Assembly (NCBI GenBank): GCA_003056265.1
Contig: NBVN01000004.1
Span: 270,001-302,000, forward strand
Source of the DNA: Zestosphaera tikiterensis
GTDB lineage: Archaea; Thermoproteota; Thermoprotei_A; Sulfolobales; NBVN01
DNA length: 32,000 nt
Reading direction: 5' to 3'
Part shown: in pieces, positions 7,428 to 15,345 of the stretch
How positions within the stretch are numbered: position 1 is the stretch's first letter
Layout of the letters: every line of letters starts with the position of its first letter
The notes under the pieces: model-generated
The model's database searches: none
What the model was told of the DNA's origin: nothing
The model's input: the letters and a program-made list of their open reading frames with translations, nothing else
Translations under genes and position numbers: made by a program

Positions 7428-8323
7428 ACCTTAGAAGCGATAAATACAGGAAAAACAACCCTCCAAAGCTTAGCAAGAGGTCAAGTATCTACGTTTACTT
7501 CTTCATCCACGGAGCTAGGTTCTTAAAAGAAGGCGGTAGGTTGGGGTTGATTACTTCAAACTCTTGGCTGGACGTTGATTATGGCGGAGACTTGCAAAGA
7601 TTCTTTCTTGAAAACTTCAAGATAATCGCTGTTATTGAAAGTAAGGTAGAGAGGTGGTTTGAAGACGCCGATATCAACACAGCGATAACGATACTTGAGA
7701 GATGTAGCAATTCAGAAGAAAGAAATAACAACTTAGTCAAATTCGTCCAGCTTAAGAAACCTCTATCTGAATTCATACCTCCAACAAACGATGAAAACGA
7801 AAGGTGGAGAAACGTTGATAAATTAGTTAACTTCATAGAATCTAAAAACCAATACTTCGAAGATGAAAACATAAGGATATTTGTAAAGAAGCAGGAGGAG
7901 CTATGGGAAGAAGGTTACGATGAAGAGAAAAAAGAATACGTTGGAACAAAGTGGGGCAAATATATTAGGGCTCCAGAAATTTTTTACAAGGTCTTGACTA
8001 CCAAAAAAGATAAATTTGTGCCTCTTAAGAAACTAGCAAGAATCGGTCGAGGTTTAAGGACAGGTTTCAATTCCTTCTTTTACTTAAGTGCTCAGAAAGC
8101 TGAAAAACTCGGAATTATGAACTTTACACGTCCACTAATTAAATCTCCAAAGGATAGTGAGTACACTCTGTTAAGTAAAGCTAAATTGCGAAATAGAATT
8201 TTTACAGTAAATGAGGAATTAAATTCTCTTATAAGGACAAAAGCTTATGACTATATAAAAATGGGCGAGAGAAAAGGGGTGCCTCAAAGACGAGGTAAAA
8301 AAAGAAAAATGGTGGTCCTTTGA
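7382..8323 (+). CDS. Type IIG RM enzyme, fragment 2 of 3 (methyltransferase motifs after NPPY, start of the target-recognition region)
   Basis: Frame 2 is open from 7382 (TGA at 7379-7381). It reads ...KSKAYDVCIKDWIDLRSDKYRKNNPPKLSKRSSIYVYFFIHGARFLKEGGRLGLITSNSWLDVDYGGDLQRFFLENFKIIAVIE, the expected continuation of Eco57I-like enzymes. The ORF track starts at TTG 7541. Confidence 0.8.
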   Translation, partial: GRKSKAYDVCIKDWIDLRSDKYRKNNPPKLSKRSSIYVYFFIHGARFLKEGGRLGLITSNSWLDVDYGGDLQRFFLENFKIIAVIESKVERWFEDADINTAITILERCSNSEERNNNLVKFVQLKKPLSEFIPPTNDENERWRNVDKLVNFIESKNQYFEDENIRIFVKKQEELWEEGYDEEKKEYVGTKWGKYIRAPEIFYKVLTTKKDKFVPLKKLARIGRGLRTGFNSFFYLSAQKAEKLGIMNFTRPLIKSPKDSEYTLLSKAKLRNRIFTVNEELNSLIRTKAYDYIKMGERKGVPQRRGKKRKMVVL

Positions 8324-9293
8324 GGAGGAATGTATAAGGGCTGATTTATTTATTCCAATCCAATTGTGGGAAACATATAAAATATTTCTTAATGATACAA
8401 AAGAACACATACTGTTTGATCAGCAATTGAGCGGTCTTAAATTTAAGGATTTTAAGACAGCAAAGCTTGTTTGTGCAGTATTAACCTCTACCCTAGGCAA
8501 CTTATTCTTGGAGATTGTAGGAAGAAGTCAGCTTGGTCAGGGGTCATTACAACTAGCGACTATAGATCTCCATAGCCTTCCTTGCTTGATTATAGCAGAG
8601 GAAAAGATAATAGAAAAAATTTTCAAGGTTTTTGAAAAACTATGTGAAAGAAAGATTTTAACTATCTATGAAGAGATCGGTGCAAGTTCGCCAGAAGGAG
8701 TTTCCCTAAATAAAGTAAAGCCTGATAGAAGGGAATTAGATAAAATCATAATGGGTGAAATCTTAGGCTTAACTGAGGAAGAGCAGTTAGAGGTTTATAG
8801 AGCAGTTGTGGATCTTGTTAGGTCGAGGCTTGAAAGAGCTAAAAGCGTTCAAAAGAAGAAGGTTAAGGAGCTGAATGTTGACGATCTTGTGGATTCTGTT
8901 TTAAAAGAATTAGAGGAAGTTCACGGTATAAAGGCTAAAGAATTCCCGGAAGAGTACATAGGGAGGTGTGAGTATAAAGTTGTTGAAGTTCCAAAGGGGT
9001 CTGAAGTTGAGGTTGGTTATGATTTAAGAGGTCCGTACGTTCGAATAGATAATGAAAAGGTTAGATGTTCTTCAATTTACGAAGCAAGGTTCATAGGATA
9101 TGCTGTTTTAGCTGGTAAGACCAAGATAATGGTACCTAAAGATGAAAACATATTGAAAAAAGCTGTAGAAGAAAGAAGGAAGTTCCTAGAGGAAGCAAGG
9201 ATGAAGATAGAGGAATTTATTAATGAAACGATAACGGATAAAAAGCTAAGAGAGGATGTAAAGTTTAAAGCATTTAAGAAGCTAGGCATGTAA
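8259..9293 (+). CDS. Type IIG RM enzyme, fragment 3 of 3 (C-terminal target-recognition region)
   Basis: Frame 3 is open from 8259. From about 8310 it reads WWSFEEECIRADLFIPIQLWETYKIFLNDTKEHILFDQQL...AVLTSTLGNLFLEIVGRSQLGQGSLQLATIDLHSLP, the WY.l / LNS...e..gr..lG.G motif block of this enzyme family. The ORF track starts at TTG 8364. Confidence 0.8.
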   Translation, partial: KWAREKGCLKDEVKKEKWWSFEEECIRADLFIPIQLWETYKIFLNDTKEHILFDQQLSGLKFKDFKTAKLVCAVLTSTLGNLFLEIVGRSQLGQGSLQLATIDLHSLPCLIIAEEKIIEKIFKVFEKLCERKILTIYEEIGASSPEGVSLNKVKPDRRELDKIIMGEILGLTEEEQLEVYRAVVDLVRSRLERAKSVQKKKVKELNVDDLVDSVLKELEEVHGIKAKEFPEEYIGRCEYKVVEVPKGSEVEVGYDLRGPYVRIDNEKVRCSSIYEARFIGYAVLAGKTKIMVPKDENILKKAVEERRKFLEEARMKIEEFINETITDKKLREDVKFKAFKKLGM

Positions 9294-9527
9294 CACTATT
9301 TATGAGAACCCTAGACGCTATAAAGTTTTCTAATTAAGAGCATATATGTGAATACCTGCAAATCTCATAAAGAGGGAAGACTTTAAAAACATTATCACTA
9401 TAGAGAGTAAATTTACTCTTAAAACACATTCCAACCTACACTAAAACCTCAGAAAAGCTAATTAAAATAAAAAACTAGATTTTCAGAGTTTATCAAGAAC
9501 TGAAAATTCACTCAACCAGCTTTCTTA

Positions 9528-10017
9528 GTTAAGCTCATCAAAGTGTAAATTTACACTCAAGAACAAGCCCCGACTAAACACTCCAGGTCTGCATTAGGGT
9601 TAGTTGGGGAGGATGTTAGGGAGGATTAGGGAGGATGTTTGAGGAGGATCTAGTTTTCGAGATTAGCTTTCTAGCAGGATGAAGCAGTATGTAAAACTCA
9701 TGCTGTTTGATCGGTTTTGTCCCGGTGTGTCCCACCGTCCACGCGTCTGTCCCAAGCTGTTTTAGAAAGTGGGACAGTGGGACAATGGGACACCACGCGT
9801 GGTGTCCCGGGACAATGGGACAATCGCCGCGTGAATTTCTTTCGCTGTCCCATTGTCCCAATCAAATGTCTCATTTGTCCCAAACTAAAAGATTTTCAAT
9901 TCACGAATTCGCGGTTTCCATGAGGTTCGAACGGCTTTCAGCATTTAATTGCCTTTGCCGAATGCTTTTTAATTGTCCAATGTTCATATATATTGTACTC
10001 TGAGTATTACTCTGAGT
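9528..10017. repeat. Right arm of the long imperfect inverted repeat (iteron-rich, ~490 bp)
   Basis: Reverse complement of 4630-5148 (see the left arm). Contains about a dozen GGGAC/GTCCC cores, the perfect 22-bp palindrome GGGACACCACGCGTGGTGTCCC (9787-9808), four GGAGGAT copies (9608-9649), the 16-bp palindrome AGTGTAAATTTACACT (9542-9557) and the 12-mer pair at 9994-10017. Confidence 0.9.
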
Positions 10018-10060
10018 GTGCGGTTTAATCATGCTTATTAATTCAGATATGTTAAGGTAG

Positions 10061-10375
10061 TTGGTGTTAAGAGTGAGAGGCGAGGGAAAGACAACCATCG
10101 AGGTATCGCTTGAGACTAGGGAACTGCTTAGGAGGGTCTCCCAGAGGGTTGGGATGACTTACGACGAGGTTCTTAAGATGCTCCTAGAATCATTCGAAAA
10201 TCTGCTGAATTGCAGAGTTAGGGTTGATGAGGTCGTAGGCGACGTTATCTTGGTGTGCGACGTCGGTGAGGAGGAGCCTGAGGAGATAAGCATAGACAGG
10301 AGGGAGTATAGAAGGCTTAGGAAGGTTTTGAAGTTCCTACTGAAGCCTAAGGAATCGCTCCACCCTACCTACTAG
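10061..10375 (+). CDS. putative ribbon-helix-helix (CopG/Arc-like) DNA-binding protein
   Basis: The N-terminus KTTIEVSLETRELLRRVSQRVGMTYDEVLKMLLESF fits a beta-strand/helix/helix RHH layout. The C-terminal half is acidic then basic. The start is ambiguous (TTG 10061, GTG 10064 or GTG 10073). Sits immediately outside the right arm. Confidence 0.5.
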   Translation: MVLRVRGEGKTTIEVSLETRELLRRVSQRVGMTYDEVLKMLLESFENLLNCRVRVDEVVGDVILVCDVGEEEPEEISIDRREYRRLRKVLKFLLKPKESLHPTY

Positions 10376-10788
10376 AAAACTGGATGGGTTGAAAGTTTTA
10401 CTTTCTAAGCAGCAGGTGGGATTCGTGCTGTTTGGTTGTGTCTTTTAAAGTGTTTTTCAATTATCTGTGGGCGGATACGCTAGGGTTGATCTTGATGATC
10501 GGATAATGTTACCAATGAAGATTAAGTTATGCGTGGCTTGTTTTGTTTTCCTATATTGCCTATAGCGGTTTTGTGGGGGTATTTTCTTAACGATAGATGG
10601 TGTTGTCTTACGGATTTATTAACTTTTCCTTACTTTACTTGCCCTAGTTGAAGATGAGGAGGTTTTAGTTTTTCAAACTTGATTTATGGTAGGTTTAAGT
10701 CTTAAAGGAGGTGATGGGTTACTTACGTTATTACGTTATGGAGTGTTTATTAGCTTTATTTAAAGATAATATTATGGTAGTGGCGTAA

Positions 10789-11382
10789 GTGATGGTGTTC
10801 ATGTATAACATACGTGGGGGGCAGGCGAACTTATTTGTGGTAGTTATGTTGGTAGGTCTTGTTTTAGTTCTTGGTGTAAGTCTTGCGGGTTATTTCTCTA
10901 CCTACGTAGCTAGCGTTAGTTCTGAAAGCAGTCTTAAAAACGCAATACAGTATGAGATAGCTAATACGGTCGTATATAAGGAGTTCGATAGCGGTACGGC
11001 TGTATGGTTGGGTTTGATAAGGATAGATGGGTCTAGCACTACATACTACATGCTCGTTATAAACACCTCCTCCTGCGTATGGCAGAGGATCTCCGAAGAG
11101 AATATCGTGAGCAACCTACTAAGCAACGGTTTAGAGGGTGTTAGGGCTGGAAGATCCGTAGATTTAAACAGCGTGTATATATTAGATCCAGACGGAAACC
11201 ACATCCCCATAAAGACATACTATAGGGGGTCATCACCTATAACGATATATGAAATCTTCGTTGAAGCGGGCGGTAAGCCTAAACTCATAGGACCGATACC
11301 GCATGGGGGAGGGTGTGTTGAGGTCGTGTTTTTAACCCTCGCAAACAATAACTATTATGAGGTAGGTAAGGTTTATGTATAG
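10789..11382 (+). CDS. pilin-like protein with class III (prepilin-type) signal peptide
   Basis: The N-terminus ...MYNIRGGQANLFVVVMLVGLVLVLGVSLAGYF has a short basic leader, a G-Q-A cleavage-type motif and a hydrophobic helix. The likely true start is ATG 10801. Overlaps the next pilin-like gene by 8 nt. Confidence 0.65.
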   Translation: MMVFMYNIRGGQANLFVVVMLVGLVLVLGVSLAGYFSTYVASVSSESSLKNAIQYEIANTVVYKEFDSGTAVWLGLIRIDGSSTTYYMLVINTSSCVWQRISEENIVSNLLSNGLEGVRAGRSVDLNSVYILDPDGNHIPIKTYYRGSSPITIYEIFVEAGGKPKLIGPIPHGGGCVEVVFLTLANNNYYEVGKVYV

Positions 11383-12556
11383 AGTAAAACCTTCAAGAGG
11401 TCAGGCGGAGATAATAGGTGCTACCATAGCTTTAGGGTTGCTAGTCCTAGCTATAGCGTCTATGTTAGCGATAATGCAGAGAACATCAGCAACATCAACA
11501 ACAAACTTCGCAAAAAGAGTAAACTTCGAGAATGAAAGACTTTCAGAGAAGCTAAGCGTTACATACAACTCAACAAGTGGGGAATGCATCCTAAGAAACT
11601 ACGGCTCACTAGACACGGTAATCATAAGAATATGGAACAACAACCAACACTACGACAGTAAATACGGCGATCACAACCTTCCAATAGTTTTAAAACCTAA
11701 CGAAGAAGAAAGATTTACCTTCAGCGAAACACCACAATACATAGTTACGTCAAGAGGAAACGTAATACCGTTTAAAAACATGTGTGAAGAATTAAAACAA
11801 CGTCTAACAACCCCCCCATCTGTTGGCGAAAGCTTTATAAAGTCTGAGGATGTATTGACGGGAGAAGCGAATTTTAAACCAACAAAAGATAGAGCCATAG
11901 TATGCTCTATTGAGATTGGTAATACAAGACCCACGTGTTATGTAGCATATAACTTCACTAATTACGGTAAAATATGGCGTCGATACAATCCTGTTAACGG
12001 TTGGGAAAGTAACATTAACGCTAGACTTACTTCCGACACCGACCGTGATGGTGTTAACGAACTAACGCTTGTAGACGATGCTTGGAATGAGATCAATTTT
12101 ACAAGAGGTCAGAGCCCTACTATAAGGGTAACGTTCGTTAATTCTACGATTATAGATGACGATACAGACGTTATCTACGTTACGTATAGACTTGCCGTTA
12201 ATGCTATAGTAAGTAACGCTGCTGCACCGTTCGGGTTTAGTTTAAGTAGTTTTGTAGAATTAACGACAACCAATACTGGTGCGACATTCCCAGCTGCGGT
12301 TAGCTTTATCTCTATACCTAGGTCTGAAAAAGTAGGGGGTTCTTATAACGTAATTGCTATCCTTGAAGCAAGTGTTGCCATACCGAGGAAGGCATATTCG
12401 TCGTTAAGTGGTTTATTACAGCCCGGGATCTATAATTTAACCATAACAGTTTTGATTAATAATCCACAACAAGGTTCTGCGGATTTTGCTAAGGCTGTAC
12501 GTCTTGAGAGTGTAACGATAACGGGTGCTGAAATAAAATGGTATGAAAAGATATAG
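11375..12556 (+). CDS. large pilin-like protein (393 aa) with class III signal peptide
   Basis: MYRVKPSRGQAEIIGATIALGLLVLAIASMLAI carries the RGQAEIIG motif typical of archaeal flagellin/pilin N-terminal domains. Followed by a long beta-rich extracellular region. Confidence 0.7.
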   Translation: MYRVKPSRGQAEIIGATIALGLLVLAIASMLAIMQRTSATSTTNFAKRVNFENERLSEKLSVTYNSTSGECILRNYGSLDTVIIRIWNNNQHYDSKYGDHNLPIVLKPNEEERFTFSETPQYIVTSRGNVIPFKNMCEELKQRLTTPPSVGESFIKSEDVLTGEANFKPTKDRAIVCSIEIGNTRPTCYVAYNFTNYGKIWRRYNPVNGWESNINARLTSDTDRDGVNELTLVDDAWNEINFTRGQSPTIRVTFVNSTIIDDDTDVIYVTYRLAVNAIVSNAAAPFGFSLSSFVELTTTNTGATFPAAVSFISIPRSEKVGGSYNVIAILEASVAIPRKAYSSLSGLLQPGIYNLTITVLINNPQQGSADFAKAVRLESVTITGAEIKWYEKI

Positions 12557-12978
12557 CTTAGAACTAGTAGTTTTCACATTCATCTTTAAATTAAATGGCT
12601 TAAATGTTGTTAGGTTTTTAGTAGCGTTTGTTTTAACGCCTTCAGCGGTTTAATATCGTATATTTCCTTCAATAATCTTAATATTAAAGCTTTGTTAAGC
12701 ACTACCTATATTTAATGACTTGTTAATAATACGTAAATTCTTACTAAAAACATCCTCAGCTAATAATTACTTAATTTTCACGATTTCCCCTAGGTTTAAA
12801 CATGCTTTATTTGAAGTTTTACGTAGTGTATGTAGTGAGTTTATGTTATTTGCTGTGAATGCATTAAGTAAGAAAGCAAGGTAGTTAAGAATATGGGAAC
12901 ACAGTCCTCGTAAGGTGATGTAAGTTCTTAAAGTTAAAGCTATGTGATCATGAAGTTTTAAGTTTATTAACAGTAGTG

Positions 12979-12986
12979 TTTATAAA
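12979..12986 (+). promoter_or_regulatory. TATA box (TTTATAAA) of the major pilin gene; GGAGGT Shine-Dalgarno at 13010-13015
   Basis: Consensus-like TATA about 26 nt upstream of a predicted TSS near 13009. GGAGGT lies 8 nt before ATG 13024. Located at the end of a 467-bp very AT-rich spacer. Confidence 0.5.
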
Positions 12987-13023
12987 GGAGTGCGATACAT
13001 TATATTATTGGAGGTAATTAAAT

Positions 13024-13491
13024 ATGGATACACGTAAAGCAATATCACCTATACTTGCTACAGTAATCCTAATAGCTGTAACTCTAGTAATAGCGATAGG
13101 AGTTATAGGCTGGATAATGGGCATATGGGGCTCTCTAGGAGGACCTTCAGAAAGCCTAGTAGTTACAGGCGGAGGAACAGCAACAGGTACTACTAACAGT
13201 CTAACTTTTACTGTGACAATAGTTAATAAAGGTTCAGGTTCAGCAAAGTTATCGAGAATTGAAGTATCTGGTATAGGTTCAGTAGGTTCAAACGAGAACG
13301 TCAAAGATGATGGCACGCAGAAGCAATTGCAACAGGTAGAAATTAAACCAGGCGAATCTCATACTGTGGAAGTAACTCTTGGTAATTTAGGAAGTTTTAC
13401 ATGCGTTGTTGGCGCTACTTATAACGTTAACGTATATACTCAGGCAGGTAATGTATATAGTACTGTAATACGTGTTACTAGTTGCTCGTAA
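13024..13491 (+). CDS. archaeal type IV pilin (Pilin_N/DUF1628-type N-terminus)
   Basis: MDTRKAISPILATVILIAVTLVIAIGVIGWIMG is the canonical RKAISPvIATvlLIaitv pilin N-terminal domain. Small (155 aa) with a Thr/Gly/Val-rich beta domain and its own strong promoter/SD. Confidence 0.85.
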   Translation: MDTRKAISPILATVILIAVTLVIAIGVIGWIMGIWGSLGGPSESLVVTGGGTATGTTNSLTFTVTIVNKGSGSAKLSRIEVSGIGSVGSNENVKDDGTQKQLQQVEIKPGESHTVEVTLGNLGSFTCVVGATYNVNVYTQAGNVYSTVIRVTSCS

Positions 13492-13504
13492 TAAAGCTTA
13501 ATGG

Positions 13505-13519
13505 TTTTATTTTTTATTT
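13505..13519 (+). terminator. oligo-T tract (TTTTATTTTTTATTT) after the pilin gene
   Basis: T4-A-T6-A-T3 run 14 nt after the pilin stop. Archaeal RNA polymerase terminates at oligo-T. The tract lies between two convergent genes. Confidence 0.4.
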
Positions 13520-14819
13520 ATAGTAGCATTGGTATTTTTATTGGTGTTTTTTCTAGTTCTTCTTTGGGTATGTTGTACCCGTATTTTACTTCTACGTAGT
13601 TTTTCCTTAGTTCTATTACTTTCTTCTTTACTTGTTGTGGGTCTTTCTTATCTATTAGTACTTCACGCATTAGCTTAGCTATTTCTTTGAATGCGTCTTC
13701 CTTCATTCCGTATCTAGTCATTTCTGGTGTTCCTAACCTTATTCCTGAGGGGTCTTTAACTGCTTCCGGTGGATCCCAAGGCAGTAGGTTTTTATTTACT
13801 ATTATGTTTGCCTGCTCTAGTAGTGTTGCTGCTTTGGTTCCCCCGCCTAACTCCCTTACGTCTATTACGAACATATGTGATTGCGTGAATCCTAGGTGTT
13901 CTGTAGGTACTTTAAACCCTTCTTCAACGCATGCTTGAGCGAATGCTTTAGCGTTTTTAACTATTTGCTCGGCGTATTCCCTACCGAACTCAAGCATTTC
14001 AATGGCTGTTACCGCCGTCGCAGGTAGTCTATGTAGGTGGTGGTTGCTTATGAACCACGGGAATATATACTTTGATATCTCCTTATATAGCTCCTCATCG
14101 TTCGTGAATATAATGCCTCCTTGAGGTCCTGGGAATGTCTTATGGGTTGATGAAGTCGCTACGTCAGCACCTTCATGTATTGGGTTAGGCCATACCTTAC
14201 CAGCTATTAAACCAAGCACGTGAGCTACGTCGTGAATTAACTTAGCGCCTACGGAGTGGGCTGCGTTAGCTAACTCTTTAGTTGGGTGTGGGAACATGTA
14301 GACTGAACCGCCTAAAGTAACGAATTTAGGCTTAACCTCCTCAACCATCTTAACTGCTTTATCCACGTCTACGTTCCACCTCTCCCGATCGAACGGTAGC
14401 TCAATATGTTCGATGCCTAAAGCACCTAAAGTACCGAATTTCGTGTGGGATACGTGAGCACCTGCTTGAACGGGAGCTATTAAAGCTTTATCACCAGGCC
14501 TACCTAAAACCCTAAACACGGCTGCGTTAGCTACAGTACCGCTTATAGGCCTGGGCTCAACAAACCTAACCTCAAGAAGTTTAGACATTAAATCCATAAC
14601 AAGCAACTCAACCTCATCAACGTACGTCAACCCTTGATAATACCTCTTCCTAGGCTTCCCCTCAGCATACCTATGCATCATATCAGTAAAGTATGCTGCC
14701 TCAGCTAAAGGAGACATAACGTTCTCCGAAGGTATTAAGTTAATAGCTTCAAACCTCCTCCACCTATTATGAGCTCTAGTCAACTCCAAAACCTTAATTA
14801 AATCCTCACGTAAACTCAT
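13518..14819 (-). CDS. glyA: serine hydroxymethyltransferase
   Basis: 433 aa with the PLP-lysine motif [13 protein letters not shown] plus [10 protein letters not shown] and [13 protein letters not shown] blocks. Confidence 0.95.
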   Translation of the reverse strand: MSLREDLIKVLELTRAHNRWRRFEAINLIPSENVMSPLAEAAYFTDMMHRYAEGKPRKRYYQGLTYVDEVELLVMDLMSKLLEVRFVEPRPISGTVANAAVFRVLGRPGDKALIAPVQAGAHVSHTKFGTLGALGIEHIELPFDRERWNVDVDKAVKMVEEVKPKFVTLGGSVYMFPHPTKELANAAHSVGAKLIHDVAHVLGLIAGKVWPNPIHEGADVATSSTHKTFPGPQGGIIFTNDEELYKEISKYIFPWFISNHHLHRLPATAVTAIEMLEFGREYAEQIVKNAKAFAQACVEEGFKVPTEHLGFTQSHMFVIDVRELGGGTKAATLLEQANIIVNKNLLPWDPPEAVKDPSGIRLGTPEMTRYGMKEDAFKEIAKLMREVLIDKKDPQQVKKKVIELRKNYVEVKYGYNIPKEELEKTPIKIPMLL

Positions 14820-15015
14820 ACACCCACCAAAATCTAAACCTTGTTAAAGATTAATAAAAATAAAACATCCTTTAAAACGCCCCCCACCTCCACACCTCAT
14901 ATTTTGAATACTGGGGGAACATACGTCTTCATATCAGTTTAAAAGCCTTCTAAACGTTTTAAGGAATGGAAAGGTTTATAGTCTGTGTAAGCGTTTAGTA
15001 TGTGAGGTTTGAGGG

Positions 15016-15336
15016 ATGAGGAGGAAGGGTGAGGAGTACTTCGGTGAGGGTCAGGAGGATTTTGAGTTTGACGAATATCTTAAGTACACGCTTTACGAGC
15101 CTATGGTTGAGGTTAGGGACGCGGGCTCATGCGTTAAGGTTTTGATTGAGGTTTCCGGCTCGTCTCAAGAAAGCGTTGTTGTGGATTTCATAACCCCTAA
15201 AAGTATTGACGTAAGTGTTAAGTATAGAGGGAGGTTGGTTAAGAAGAGGTTGGATTTACCTCAACCTGTTAAGACTAGCAGGTATGAAGTTAAGGTTAAG
15301 AATGGTGTGGCTCAAATAATATTTCAGAAGATTTGA
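15016..15336 (+). CDS. small Hsp20/alpha-crystallin-like (CS-fold) protein
   Basis: 106 aa. The strand pattern VEVRDAGSCVKVLIEVSG...VVVDF..KSIDVSVKYRG...KRLDLPQPVKTSRYEVKVKNGVAQIIFQK resembles a short alpha-crystallin domain. Confidence 0.45.
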   Translation: MRRKGEEYFGEGQEDFEFDEYLKYTLYEPMVEVRDAGSCVKVLIEVSGSSQESVVVDFITPKSIDVSVKYRGRLVKKRLDLPQPVKTSRYEVKVKNGVAQIIFQKI

Positions 15337-15345
15337 GTTTAATCT

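Noticed and set aside
5883-9293. The large methyltransferase as a BREX PglX or part of a Type I / Type ISP system
   Set aside because: No PglZ, BrxC, BrxA or BrxL genes, no hsdR/hsdS, and no helicase domain are present. The N-terminal nuclease-like region plus a single-chain MTase/TRD fits a stand-alone Type IIG enzyme.
4765-9882. Octamer arrays as a CRISPR array
   Set aside because: The units are 8 nt, contiguous or irregularly spaced, occur in both orientations, and have no ~30-40-nt unique spacers. There are no cas genes in the window.
9616-10003. Four overlapping ORFs on both strands in the right arm (9616-9861, 9698-9883, 9707-10003, 9717-9923)
   Set aside because: They are mutually overlapping, low-complexity (GQWD/CPIVP repeats from GGGACAATGGGAC) and not conserved with the left arm. 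They are repeat artefacts.
4630-10017. Inverted arms as a chromosomal replication origin (ORB elements around a DUE)
   Set aside because: I could find no sequence resembling the ORB/mini-ORB dyad (the TCCA...GGAAA type), and there is no orc1/cdc6 or whiP gene nearby. The arms are separated by 4.4 kb of coding DNA rather than an AT-rich unwinding element. A plasmid-type iteron origin cannot be excluded and is kept as one hypothesis in the findings.
10028-10043. Possible degenerate copy of the GATAAGCTTATCAAAG box just outside the right arm, which would give that arm its own flanking direct repeat
   Set aside because: Only about 9 of 16 positions match (ATCATGCTTATTAATT). This is too weak to call.
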